Below, in pieces: positions 1-9,153 of a stretch of DNA of 64,000 nucleotides (position 1 is the stretch's first letter; each line of letters starts with the position of its first letter). Where the stretch lies: positions 1 through 64,000 of IMG/VR virus record IMGVR_UViG_2522572155_000001, one strand, 5' to 3'. The translations under genes were made by a program, and so were the position numbers. The notes under the pieces were generated by a model that had not been told where the DNA came from, ran no database searches, and saw only the letters and a program-made list of their open reading frames with translations. This DNA is from a virus (Duplodnaviria > Caudoviricetes).

Positions 1-2448
1 CTAGAAGGCTCGCGCGCCGTCCGCCCACCCGTGCCGGTGCGACGGGATCGTGCGACCCCAGTGCTCGGGGAGGGTTAGGTCGCCGGGATCATCGGGGCTC
101 GGGGGCTTCGGGGGAACGTGATCCGGCGCGACTGGGATTCGCTGCCGTAGCTCAGCGTCCCATCGGTACTTCTGCTGGAGGATCCGCTGTATGTCTTGCT
201 CAGAGTACCCGCGCTGCTGGAGCGCCGTGCGCGCGACTTCGACGTGGTGAGGAAGGGCTGTCCCCATGTTGATGCCGTGCATCAGAGTGTTGGTGTAGTC
301 GTGCAGGCGCATGTTGTAGCCGTTCTGCATGACCTTCTGAACACCAGGGTCCGACTCCGTCAGGCGCTTGACTTCTGGGTCTGAGAAGTCGTACTTGTCC
401 TCCGTCCACGCGTTGCCAAGCTCGCGACGCATGAGGTTGAAGGCCATCTCATCTAGATGCTCGGGCGGAGTGTTAGCGCCAGAGGCCAAGCCTCGTGCCT
501 TCTCCAGGTAGGGGGCGAGCATCTTGTTGTAGTGGTGGTCCGAGATCGCGTTGCGCGTGTCCAGGCTGATGAACTGCTCGGGCCAGTCACCCATGACCTT
601 CGCGTCCTCGTACGGGACGTTCACGTTGCGACGGTGGTAGGCGCGGGGATCGTCCCACGCCATGCGCTCATCGCCGCCTTCATCGTGACCGGGTACAGCG
701 CCGTGGTAGCGGTACAGGGCGTCCCGCAGCCGGTTAGTGTCGTCATCGGCGCCGTTGGTGCCCCAGCCGAGACCCATGCCCTTGATGCGGGCCATCTCGC
801 GCTCGTACTCGGAGTTCTCGTTGATCTCGTTGTAGAGGCCGTCCCAGAGTTCCTGCCAGTTGACCTTGTCCGGGTCGATCAGGTTGGGCTCGGTGTCGCC
901 GACGTCCTTGCCCATGCCGAGCGAATCAACGAAGTCCGCCGCTTCCTGGCTCTTGTTCTTGAGGTCTTCGTAGAGATGGTCAACGCGCTGATCCTCTGGG
1001 ATCTCGTTCCACTCGCGGGCGTCGGCAATCTGCTGCTTATTGAGCGGGCCGATGATGTTCCTGATGCACCAGGACTCGAACTGCTCAAGCGTCATGCCGC
1101 GCTCGAAGAGCTTGCGGATCTTCGTGTAGGTCGGCTCGTCGTTGTCCATCCATAGCTCGACCTGCTCGGTGTCCCACGAGTAGTTATCGCTGGCCACGGC
1201 CCAGAGCTTAGACCCCTTCGTCCAGTCCTCGGGAAAGGTATCGTCGGGCTTCTCGGACCACATGTCAGGGACGGTGTTCGGCACGCCCTCGCCGGGGCGC
1301 TGCATGTGCCAGCAGCGCCGCTGGGAGCACTCCCAGGCGCCATCGGGGTACAGGCGCCCGAGGGAGGAACCGTCTCGCCAGTGCATCTCCGAGCCGCACT
1401 GCGGGCAGTCGATGCCCTTCGGCATGATCTCCTTGAGCGCCTGCTCGGTGTCCGGCCAGCGGTGGCGGCAGCCCGCGCACTGGTAGTAGCGCGGGCCGGG
1501 TCCCCAGTTGTCGTGCTGATACTGGATGTCGCCGCCGCAGTACGGGCAGGGAATGAGGCCGTGCGCGGCTAGTTTGCCCTCCTTATTCCAGTCCTCGGGG
1601 AAGGTGAGGTCGCCGGGCGTGGTGTCCTCCTGCGCGCGCTGATGCTGCTCAAGCTCATCCTGGGCCGAGAGCCCTTCGAGCCACGCGAGGATCTCCTGTC
1701 CCTGGGCCTCTAGCCCTGGCCCCTGCTGCTGCCAGTACTCCATCTTGGGATCAGCGTTGGCCGTCCCGTCTGGGCCGAGGCGGTAGTCCGGCACTAGCCC
1801 GGATGCCTGGGCCTTCTCATAGCCGCGCATGTAGTCGGGGTCGTTGCGGCCGAGGGCGCGGGCGAAGTGCATACCGAGCTTCTGCGCGGCCTGGAGGTAG
1901 CTCGTGTCGTTGGTGAACCATCGCCGGTACCAGCCGTAGCCCTCCAGCCAGCCGAGCCAGTAGCCGATGTGGCTCTTCGTCACCCGAGGCAGCCGCTCGC
2001 TGGCAGACACGCGCACAGGATACTCCTCCCACCCGGCGGACTTCGAGAACGTGTTCTTCCACGAGACCGGGGCCTGGCCGAAGCTCCCCTGGGGGAGGGC
2101 GCCGTCCCGGTCAACGTCGAGCCACGGGAAGCGATTGAAGAAACCTTCGTTGGCAATGTTGCTCACGTGTAGCTGCTTGCCCGTGCGCTCGGCATATTGC
2201 TTCAGTGCCTCCACGAGCTTCGTGCCCTCTCCGGTGCCCTCGGGCTCCGCGATCACGGAATCGAGGGTCACGGAGTTCACATCCTCGTGGAGGGCCACTT
2301 CGACCGATGCCCGGGGCGTCCGGATTGTCGACAACGGACCCTGCTGGCTCAGCCGCCCGCCGAGGGTACGGGCAAGGAACTTGAGCGCGGCCCCGTTGTC
2401 CGCGTAGCCGTCGCCGTGCCCCTGCTCGTCCTGCCATTCAAGTGCCAT
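1..2448 (-). CDS. Polyvalent multidomain protein (GNAT-like N-terminus, tandem Zn ribbons, acidic helical domains)
   Basis: 815 aa; GNAT motif-A-like PEGTGEGTKLVEALKQYA; CPYC..CAGC and CPQC..CSQRRC; three (F/L)PE(D/H)W motifs closing modules. Confidence 0.75.
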   Translation of the reverse strand: MALEWQDEQGHGDGYADNGAALKFLARTLGGRLSQQGPLSTIRTPRASVEVALHEDVNSVTLDSVIAEPEGTGEGTKLVEALKQYAERTGKQLHVSNIANEGFFNRFPWLDVDRDGALPQGSFGQAPVSWKNTFSKSAGWEEYPVRVSASERLPRVTKSHIGYWLGWLEGYGWYRRWFTNDTSYLQAAQKLGMHFARALGRNDPDYMRGYEKAQASGLVPDYRLGPDGTANADPKMEYWQQQGPGLEAQGQEILAWLEGLSAQDELEQHQRAQEDTTPGDLTFPEDWNKEGKLAAHGLIPCPYCGGDIQYQHDNWGPGPRYYQCAGCRHRWPDTEQALKEIMPKGIDCPQCGSEMHWRDGSSLGRLYPDGAWECSQRRCWHMQRPGEGVPNTVPDMWSEKPDDTFPEDWTKGSKLWAVASDNYSWDTEQVELWMDNDEPTYTKIRKLFERGMTLEQFESWCIRNIIGPLNKQQIADAREWNEIPEDQRVDHLYEDLKNKSQEAADFVDSLGMGKDVGDTEPNLIDPDKVNWQELWDGLYNEINENSEYEREMARIKGMGLGWGTNGADDDTNRLRDALYRYHGAVPGHDEGGDERMAWDDPRAYHRRNVNVPYEDAKVMGDWPEQFISLDTRNAISDHHYNKMLAPYLEKARGLASGANTPPEHLDEMAFNLMRRELGNAWTEDKYDFSDPEVKRLTESDPGVQKVMQNGYNMRLHDYTNTLMHGINMGTALPHHVEVARTALQQRGYSEQDIQRILQQKYRWDAELRQRIPVAPDHVPPKPPSPDDPGDLTLPEHWGRTIPSHRHGWADGARAF

Positions 2449-2454
2449 CGCAAG

Positions 2455-2589
2455 TTACTGGCGCGTCCCCATGGGACAATGAGGGCAATCTGCGTTGTTG
2501 CCGGTGCGAATCCAGACGTGCAGGGGTACCCCGACTGGCAGGATCGCTGAAGACGGCCGCTGGCACAGACAGCACCTCAGGTTAGCCAT
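2455..2589 (-). CDS. Small Zn-finger protein (44 aa, not in ORF track)
   Basis: Manual translation MANLRCCLCQRP...DCPHCPMGTRQ; fills the gap between co-oriented genes. Confidence 0.55.
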   Translation of the reverse strand: MANLRCCLCQRPSSAILPVGVPLHVWIRTGNNADCPHCPMGTRQ

Positions 2590-2606
2590 CACGCGCGCCG
2601 TCTAGG

Positions 2607-2879
2607 CTAGGCAAAGTCTTCTCCCATCATGAAGTCGAGCATCGTCTGGAAGACCGGCTCGCGGGGGAGGATCCCAAGCTCGCAGTACACGGGATCGTGG
2701 TACATGAAGGCACGCTCGTAAAGGGTCAGGATGTTGTTGTCCTTTACCCAGTCGAGGACCGGCACGTATACGTCATGCCGGAGGTTGTTCCAGTGGATGC
2801 CGCCGTGGCCATCGATCGCGGACGGCTTCCACTGGCGCACGAGCGCGTAAAGCTCGACGGCAATGATCGCGTCGGTCAT
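2607..2879 (-). CDS. Hypothetical protein
   Basis: 90 aa, tightly packed with neighbours, normal composition. Confidence 0.7.
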   Translation of the reverse strand: MTDAIIAVELYALVRQWKPSAIDGHGGIHWNNLRHDVYVPVLDWVKDNNILTLYERAFMYHDPVYCELGILPREPVFQTMLDFMMGEDFA

Positions 2880-2881
2880 GG

Positions 2882-3265
2882 TTAGTCACGCAGTCCTGCG
2901 GCGGCCTCCATCACCTGAACGTAGAAGTCGTCCCAGGTAGACACATCCTTGCCGTCGTATAGCTCGGGGAGCGTCGGAAGCTGGTCGTCGGTGAAGCCTT
3001 CCTGGCGCAGGTAGTTACGCACGCCCATGCCGCCGCTCATGTGCCATGACCACTTGACCGTCTCGTCGCCAATGTCGACCGTCGCGGCAAACGGCTCCTC
3101 GTGGATGAAGTCGTGCCCGTAGCGCCGGTGACCTACTACCACGTCGGTGACCATGTCCGTGTCCCACCAGGACGCATTGCGAATGATCGCCACGGCGCGG
3201 TCGCGGTCTGCCTGCGACAGCTTCGCCCAGGCGATGTCGGGCCAGTTGTCGGGGAAGTTGCTCAT
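2882..3265 (-). CDS. Hypothetical protein
   Basis: 127 aa, AGGAG RBS upstream. Confidence 0.75.
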   Translation of the reverse strand: MSNFPDNWPDIAWAKLSQADRDRAVAIIRNASWWDTDMVTDVVVGHRRYGHDFIHEEPFAATVDIGDETVKWSWHMSGGMGVRNYLRQEGFTDDQLPTLPELYDGKDVSTWDDFYVQVMEAAAGLRD

Positions 3266-3274
3266 GTTCTACTC

Positions 3275-3883
3275 CTATCGGTGGGTCGCGATGACCGGGC
3301 CATCGGGGCTGTAGTCCTGAAGGTCGGGGTGCTCGCGCAGACGCTTGAGCGCGTTGTGGATGAACTGGTAGGTCGCGGCCTCGCTGCGGCCGATGACCTC
3401 TCCGATGTCCTTGCGCGTCCACGTCTCGTTCTCGCAGAAGGCGAGCCACAGCGCGAGGCGAGCCTCAGGGGAGAGGTCGGCCATTGCCTCCGCGAGGATG
3501 CCCCGGAGGTACGGGTCGACAAGCTCGATCTCCTCAGCCGGGATCAGGCTGGCCAAAGTCTGTGCGTCGCTGGGAGCACTGAATCGCTTCACCTGTACAT
3601 CGAGCGAGAGCACGTCGTAGCGATTGGGGTCACGACGAGTGCCCGTCTGGATCGAGCGGAGATAGTCTCGGATAGCACCGTACGCCCGGAAGTACACGAA
3701 CGACGTGAACGCCGCGCCCGCCTCCGGGTCCCAGCGCGGGGCTGCCTCAAGCGCGCCGAGGACACCCACCGACACAAGGTCTTCCGAGTCCGCGAGGTGA
3801 TGCGATAGATGGAAGTTCTTGCTCACGATGGACCGCACCATCGGGAGCACGCTATCGATGTCTGCTTCTGTGTACGCGGGCAT
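3275..3883 (-). CDS. Phage RNA polymerase sigma-70 family factor (FliA/WhiG-like)
   Basis: Region 2 EDLVSVGVLGALEAAPRWDP...FTSFVYFRAYGAIRDYLR; region 4 HTH TRKDIGEVIGRSEAATYQFIHNALKRLR; GGAGG RBS. Confidence 0.9.
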   Translation of the reverse strand: MPAYTEADIDSVLPMVRSIVSKNFHLSHHLADSEDLVSVGVLGALEAAPRWDPEAGAAFTSFVYFRAYGAIRDYLRSIQTGTRRDPNRYDVLSLDVQVKRFSAPSDAQTLASLIPAEEIELVDPYLRGILAEAMADLSPEARLALWLAFCENETWTRKDIGEVIGRSEAATYQFIHNALKRLREHPDLQDYSPDGPVIATHR

Positions 3884-4013
3884 TACTTCCTCCGGCTTAG
3901 AGTTGCGTCGCCGGAAACAGTAGGTTGCCCTTAGAGTTTGCGCAACCCTATCTAGGAAAGAGTAATCGCCCTGCTACTAGGTGTAGTCATTCGACCACCG
4001 GTAGAATGGTCGT

Positions 4014-4202
4014 ATGGCTACAGAGGGTCGGCTGGATGTCTACTGGCGCGAGGAGGGTGGCGCGTTCCACGTGAACATGTGGGACGGGGGCGAGGAGCTA
4101 GGAGAGGGGTACGGCAAGTCGCTCCACCAAGCCATCGAGGATGTAACGGATGACGTGTTTATCCGGCGACGCCTGAGCGGCCTTATCACCAGGCAGGAAT
4201 GA
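4014..4202 (+). CDS. Hypothetical protein, probably leaderless
   Basis: TAGAAT at 4002-4007, 6 nt before ATG. Confidence 0.7.
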   Translation: MATEGRLDVYWREEGGAFHVNMWDGGEELGEGYGKSLHQAIEDVTDDVFIRRRLSGLITRQE

Positions 4203-4365
4203 CCTCCCCTGCGAGCGCGGCCCCTCTGCTGCCAGGCCCGTGGAGGGAGGAGCCGCGCTTGGCGTGATACTAGCGGCGAGCATTCCTGTTTGCTCTGGAT
4301 GGGTTGAAAGATCCGGAACCACCGGGTATACGTTGAGTACATCAACAACGCCTGGGGAGGGGCCT

Positions 4366-4779
4366 ATGAGGTTCTGTTGTCCCGCAGTGCTCGCTGCCGT
4401 CGCGGTGCTCTGCATTCCGGTGAGTGCCCACGCGAGGCCGAACGCGGCGGGCTGCCCGACGTGCGCGAAGGTGCAGTTCGTCCAGCACATCTCGTGGAAG
4501 CGATTCAACGCCGAGTACGACTCGCGAGTGAAGAACCCGATCGTCAAGCCCGGGGTCAAGTCGCGCCTGAAGGCGTACGCCCGCCAGGAGAAGGACAAGT
4601 TCGCGGGCTGCAACGACAACGCGTTCATGAAGAAGGTCTGCCGAGCGGCGAAGGCATGTCTAGCGGCTGGCGGGTTTGCGCTCTACGCGGGCGTCGCGCA
4701 TGGGCAGAACGCGTGGCAGGCCGAGCGCGACGCAACCACAGCCTGCATCGGCGCGATCGTCGGTAGTCTCGCGTCATGA
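4366..4779 (+). CDS. Secreted Cys-rich basic protein with Gly/Ala-rich C-terminus
   Basis: GGGGAGG RBS; signal peptide ending AHA; six Cys in the mature part. Confidence 0.7.
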   Translation: MRFCCPAVLAAVAVLCIPVSAHARPNAAGCPTCAKVQFVQHISWKRFNAEYDSRVKNPIVKPGVKSRLKAYARQEKDKFAGCNDNAFMKKVCRAAKACLAAGGFALYAGVAHGQNAWQAERDATTACIGAIVGSLAS

Positions 4780-4928
4780 AGCGCAACCACTGGATCGTGT
4801 TCGCTGTATTCGCGGGCGCGCTCGCGCTGCTGATCGCGTTCTCGGGCCTGCCGGGGTGGGCGTGGGGGTTCTACGGCGTGATCGTCGCGCTGCTGCTTTC
4901 GGCGGCGCATCGGAGCGAGGCCGAATGA
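4776..4928 (+). CDS. Small two-TM membrane protein (50 aa, not in ORF track)
   Basis: MKRNHWIVFAVFAGALALLIAFSGLPGWAWGFYGVIVALLLSAAHRSEAE; ATGA overlaps at both ends. Confidence 0.75.
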   Translation: MKRNHWIVFAVFAGALALLIAFSGLPGWAWGFYGVIVALLLSAAHRSEAE

Positions 4929-5680
4929 GCGCTCGCGCACTCGCGATGCGGGCGGCCGTCTCGGTCGCCGCGCTCGCTGCTGTCGCCGCTCCGGCGTACG
5001 GAGCCCCCGGCGACGATGACGACGGACCGCCGATCGACATCAACTGGGGTCCGGCTCCCGAGGACACGAGCGACGACGAGCCGGACCTCCCGCCGCAGCC
5101 CGCACCGGCCCCCACAGAGGCTCCTACGGCCGTGCCGATCGTGGTGGCGACGCCGGAGCCCACCGCCTCACCGGTCGTGGACGTGGGGGAAGCGCAGGGC
5201 GGCCAGGAGACTGTCCAGGCGCCCGTGCCCACAGCGACGGCAACTCCTGTAGAGACGGTCATAGCGCCAGCCGTCACGCCACAGGGGCCAGACGCGCCAG
5301 GGGCGAGCGCTCCGCCAGCTACGGGGGTGCAGGACCAGAACCCGGTCGCGGCCCCCGTGGTCAAGCCAGAGGTGAAGAAAGTCAGTCGAAAGCCACATCG
5401 CGCCCGCGCCCACCGTCTCGGGGCGCGTGCGAAGGCGAAGGGCGGCGTGGCCCCGGCGAAGCAGGAGAGTCGTCTGCCGGTGGCTCAGGTACATGCCACG
5501 AACCCTACCGTCGTGGCGGTCGGAACGCGGCTCTCGGGCAAGGTCTACGTCGTCCGGCCGGGTGACTGCCTCAGCGTCATCGCGGCCCGCTACGGGACCT
5601 CCTGGCCCCGGCTGGCCGAGGTCAACCGGCTCGCCAACCCGGACCTGATCTACCCCGGCCAGGTGCTCCAGATCGTCTGA
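4925..5680 (+). CDS. Secreted LysM peptidoglycan-binding protein
   Basis: Signal peptide, Pro/Thr/Ala linker, C-terminal YVVRPGDCLSVIAARYGTSWPRLAEVNRLANPDLIYPGQVLQI. Confidence 0.9.
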   Translation: MSARALAMRAAVSVAALAAVAAPAYGAPGDDDDGPPIDINWGPAPEDTSDDEPDLPPQPAPAPTEAPTAVPIVVATPEPTASPVVDVGEAQGGQETVQAPVPTATATPVETVIAPAVTPQGPDAPGASAPPATGVQDQNPVAAPVVKPEVKKVSRKPHRARAHRLGARAKAKGGVAPAKQESRLPVAQVHATNPTVVAVGTRLSGKVYVVRPGDCLSVIAARYGTSWPRLAEVNRLANPDLIYPGQVLQIV

Positions 5681-5765
5681 TACGCTCGGAGGGCGCGGAA
5701 GTTGTGTTCGAAGATGGGTTCCGCGTTTCGCGGGCTCCGTGTCCCATACTGCGGCGGCTCGTAAT

Positions 5766-5793
5766 CAGAAGGCCCGCTCCGGCGGGCCTTCTG
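5766..5793. terminator. Hairpin terminator between convergent genes
   Basis: CAGAAGGCCCGC-TCCG-GCGGGCCTTCTG perfect 12-bp stem. Confidence 0.75.
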
Positions 5794-5805
5794 CGTTGTA
5801 TGGAC

Positions 5806-6108
5806 CTAGGCCCGCAGCGCGAGGAAGTCACGCCACGAGCGCGTCCCCGCTGCGCGGGGATCCTCCTTACGGAGGAGGGCCGCCTTCACCTGGGCCTCGG
5901 CCACGATCTCGCTGAGGCACTCGATGAACTCCTCTCCCTGAGCCTCGGTCGCGATCCCGGACGCCACGAGCGCGTCACGGACGTGCAGGGTCCAGTCCGC
6001 CAGCGGCGCGTAGGGCCGCCCCGGGGCCGGTGGATGCTCCCGGTGATCCGCGATGGTTGAGTGTCGTCCGATGGGGGCTGCTGGCATGGCAGCGATGATG
6101 TCCCGCAT
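5806..6108 (-). CDS. Hypothetical protein (start uncertain)
   Basis: 3' part of ORF 5806..6201 has protein-like composition and ends at the terminator. Confidence 0.5.
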   Translation of the reverse strand: MRDIIAAMPAAPIGRHSTIADHREHPPAPGRPYAPLADWTLHVRDALVASGIATEAQGEEFIECLSEIVAEAQVKAALLRKEDPRAAGTRSWRDFLALRA

Positions 6109-6125
6109 GCGGATAGAATACTCGC

Positions 6126-6533
6126 ATGCCCTCGGTCCGAGCGCTGACAGAAGAGCAGATTGACGAGCTAGCGCGCCTGTACGACGATGGTCGTGGGCCA
6201 ACCATGCATGATCTTGCTATGCAGTTTCACGTCAGCCCCAGCACCGTGAGCAAGTACCTCACCGAGAGAGGTGTCTCACTGCGGTGGGGAGGAAAGCGCA
6301 CTACACCCGAGCAGGACCGGATCGAGGAGATTCGGCGCCTCTACTGGGTGGAGTACAAGACGACCCACGAGATCGCGGACATCATCGGTATCTCCCAGCG
6401 CACCGTCCACAGCCGCATGCGCAAGTACGACGTGCCGACGAGGCGGGCCTGCTGGCGTCCGCCTCACATGCGCCCTAGGAAGGGGGAGTCTCGCGAGGCG
6501 GTCCGGCGGCGTCAGATCGTGTGGGGCGAGTAG
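6126..6533 (+). CDS. Double-HTH DNA-binding protein
   Basis: TMHDLAMQFHVSPSTVSKYL and TTHEIADIIGISQRTVHSRM; TAGAAT 6 nt upstream. Confidence 0.85.
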   Translation: MPSVRALTEEQIDELARLYDDGRGPTMHDLAMQFHVSPSTVSKYLTERGVSLRWGGKRTTPEQDRIEEIRRLYWVEYKTTHEIADIIGISQRTVHSRMRKYDVPTRRACWRPPHMRPRKGESREAVRRRQIVWGE

Positions 6534-6872
6534 CTGAGCTACTGCCCCCCCCGATGGCGTCGAGCGCTTCGCGGGCGATCCGCCTGGCCTCGCCTTCCCA
6601 TAGTCCCAGCCGCGCTGGAGGAGAAGGGGGAGGGGACTATCCTTGTTGATCGCGGACCGCCATCCCCACTCCATGGTGAACTGTCCCACGAGGAACTTGC
6701 CCCAGTTGAACTCCGAGCCCTGCGTCGCCTCGATGATGTGCGTCAGCATCTCTCTCCATTCTCCGGCCGCTGCGACTGAGCCTCGGCCTCCCGCAGGCTC
6801 TGCCGTGGTCACCGCTAGGACTCTATCGTGATTGCTGCCGCGATCCGTCCGAGATCCGGATAGTCTCATGGC

Positions 6873-7292
6873 ATGGGGAGAATCCTTCGGGCCTGGCGCG
6901 AGCTATGGAACGCGCGCGGCGAAATACCGATTTCCATCGTGATAGTCATGGTTCCCGCCTATCTCGTCGCCCTGTGGGCGCCGCTGCCGGAGGCGGTGTC
7001 CTCGATCATCACGGGCATCAGCCTGGCCGCGATGGTCAGCGCCATCGGCTACGCGACCGGCAGGCGCGACGGCATGCAGGCTGGCGCCGAGATGACCCTT
7101 GAGCGCGTCGCGAAGGTGCAGGAGACGGCGCATCTTGAAGGCTTCACGCGCTGGGCTGAGCATAAGCTCTCCAGAGACGAGGAGATGAGCGACGAGGAGC
7201 GAAGCTCTCTCCAGCGTGAGTTCCAGGCCGCCCAGACCCGCTTGCAAGAGCTTCGCCAAGAGGTCGAGTACCGCGAGGTTTCCGCGAGCTAG
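6873..7292 (+). CDS. Membrane protein (2 TM plus coiled coil)
   Basis: Two hydrophobic segments, then charged helical tail. Confidence 0.75.
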   Translation: MGRILRAWRELWNARGEIPISIVIVMVPAYLVALWAPLPEAVSSIITGISLAAMVSAIGYATGRRDGMQAGAEMTLERVAKVQETAHLEGFTRWAEHKLSRDEEMSDEERSSLQREFQAAQTRLQELRQEVEYREVSAS

Positions 7293-7295
7293 GCT

Positions 7296-8309
7296 GTGCA
7301 GGCGATGGACTTTGACCCCGACGAAGGAGCCCCGGTGGCAGTAGCGGCCGAGCGTGTCGAACTGAGCGACGAAGCGGATCCTGACCGGCTTGTCGCTGCG
7401 GCAGCCGAACTCGAAGCCGAGGCAGAGCGGCTTCGGGAGCAGCGGCTGAGCCTTCTCGCCCGCGCGAGAGAACTCAAGCAGCACGCCGAGCTTGTGCGCA
7501 TCTACCAGTCACGCCGGGTTGAGCACAAACGAGTCGGCATGCCGACCGATCGCCGTGGCCGTGACATTCCTCCTCACGAGCTAGAGGTAATCAAGCGGCA
7601 GGTAGAGGCACTTCAGCCGCACGCGTCTGTGCCCGCCATCGCAGAGCATCTGACCATCACCGAGAACATGGTCCGCACTCGTCTCGAACGGCTCATCGCA
7701 AGCGGAGCCGTCGAGCGTACCGGCCAGGCGTCAGGCACGCGGTACTGGTTGAAGGACACAGCGCCCAAGCACATGGTTGACCCGCTCGGGTTCGTGTGTG
7801 ACGTGGGCCGGGAGTTGAAGGGGGCGTTCTTTATCCAGGACATCCTCAACGTCGCGCCGGGGATGAGCTACGCCACGGCGGCAAAGTGCTGTGAGGAGTG
7901 GGTCAAACGAGGGACCTTCGACAGGGTCGAGGTAGAGGATTCCTCCATACCCGCAGGCAAGCGCATCCTCTACGACTACATCAATCGACCGTCAGAGCCG
8001 GTCAACCGGCGCAAGCGGGCGCCGGTCGAGGTAGAGGTGGCGCGGTCGGTCGCCGCTCAGCGTCCACGGCGCGGGAGGAGCGTCGCGGGGACGGGACGCG
8101 GGATCACGTACCGCAGTGACGAAGTGCGCAAGTTCGTGGAACAGGTCGAGGCGCAGGGGCTGGGGGTCCGTCCGGTGGCCAGTGGCGGCTCCCACCTCCA
8201 GTTCATCGATGGCGATCAGGTGGTCGGCGGGATCAGCAACGGGAACATGGACCCTCGCGCCATCGCCAACCAGCGCGCCGAACTGCGCCGCAAGGGATAC
8301 GACCTATGA
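7296..8309 (+). CDS. Coiled-coil / wHTH protein with C-terminal HicA-like domain
   Basis: SVPAIAEHLTITENMVRTRLERLIASGAVER; C-terminal EVRKFVEQVEAQG..GGSHLQF..DPRAIANQRAELRRKG. Confidence 0.7.
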   Translation: MQAMDFDPDEGAPVAVAAERVELSDEADPDRLVAAAAELEAEAERLREQRLSLLARARELKQHAELVRIYQSRRVEHKRVGMPTDRRGRDIPPHELEVIKRQVEALQPHASVPAIAEHLTITENMVRTRLERLIASGAVERTGQASGTRYWLKDTAPKHMVDPLGFVCDVGRELKGAFFIQDILNVAPGMSYATAAKCCEEWVKRGTFDRVEVEDSSIPAGKRILYDYINRPSEPVNRRKRAPVEVEVARSVAAQRPRRGRSVAGTGRGITYRSDEVRKFVEQVEAQGLGVRPVASGGSHLQFIDGDQVVGGISNGNMDPRAIANQRAELRRKGYDL

Positions 8310-8545
8310 CGTGGGACGACCCTGCGATGTACGCCATCGCGCGCGAGATCACCGACGAGGTGCTGCCGCCGATCACGCTTGAGATCGGCAGGCGCTACGT
8401 GCACCCGGAGCAGGGGGAGATCGAGATCACGTCGGGTTGCTACCGGGACCCGACCTACGATCGCATCTCGAACTGGTGGACCTGGACCGTGGTGGCGACC
8501 GGCGAGAAGAGGGCGGGCTATGGCAGCAACTGGCCAGTGGCCTGA
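8306..8545 (+). CDS. Hypothetical protein
   Basis: ATGA overlap with the upstream gene. Confidence 0.7.
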   Translation: MTWDDPAMYAIAREITDEVLPPITLEIGRRYVHPEQGEIEITSGCYRDPTYDRISNWWTWTVVATGEKRAGYGSNWPVA

Positions 8546-8753
8546 GAGCGAGCGGCTGCCGCCGCTGCTGTTGGTCATCTACGAAGCGCTGCGCGAGCGC
8601 GGCTGGACGCTCGGGGATGACCGCGATCGGGCGATGACGTACTTCGAGGATCCCGAGGGCAACCGCTGGTATGACCTGGAGCGCGCGATCCTGGCGCAGT
8701 CCCTGCGGGAGATCGCAGTGGCGGGTGGAGATGAGCAAGGTCGAGATCACTGA
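8520..8753 (+). CDS. Hypothetical protein
   Basis: 3' part of ORF 8379..8753; operon packing. Confidence 0.55.
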   Translation: MAATGQWPESERLPPLLLVIYEALRERGWTLGDDRDRAMTYFEDPEGNRWYDLERAILAQSLREIAVAGGDEQGRDH

Positions 8754-9153
8754 CCTGGAGCAGACGTGCTGGGCTTGCCCATCTCAGTGGGAGGGCAAGC
8801 TCGCGGACGGCCGCCACGTGTACATCCGCTACCGGTGGGGTTTCCTGCGGGTGACGGTCGGGGCCACGATGAACGACGCTATCAAGGTGGGCTCCTCCGA
8901 CTTGATGGCCCACGTGAGGCTCCACCGCTGGTTCGAGGAGGGGCTAATCGACAATGAGATCGACAGCAACGCTCGTCTGTTCGAGCGAGAGGTGGAGCGC
9001 ATCCGCGCCGAGGCCGAGGACGGCGAGTACATCTACGGTGAGCAGGTGGGCGACGACTTGGACGGCGACATGAGTACCATCGACATGCTCGACCGCCTGC
9101 GCGCAGCGGGTGTGCTCGCGGACAGTACCTTCACCTTCAAGTTCAGCGCATGA
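8731..9153 (+). CDS. Phage hypothetical protein (CPSQWEG motif)
   Basis: TCWACPSQWEG...YIRYRWG; GGAG upstream. Confidence 0.75.
   Translation: MSKVEITDLEQTCWACPSQWEGKLADGRHVYIRYRWGFLRVTVGATMNDAIKVGSSDLMAHVRLHRWFEEGLIDNEIDSNARLFEREVERIRAEAEDGEYIYGEQVGDDLDGDMSTIDMLDRLRAAGVLADSTFTFKFSA

Noticed and set aside
2455-2462. GCCAGTAA as a sigma28-like -10 box
   Set aside because: The TAA is the stop codon of the 44-aa upstream ORF
5690-5765. tRNA or ncRNA-like hairpin containing TTCGAA
   Set aside because: No cloverleaf or acceptor stem could be formed
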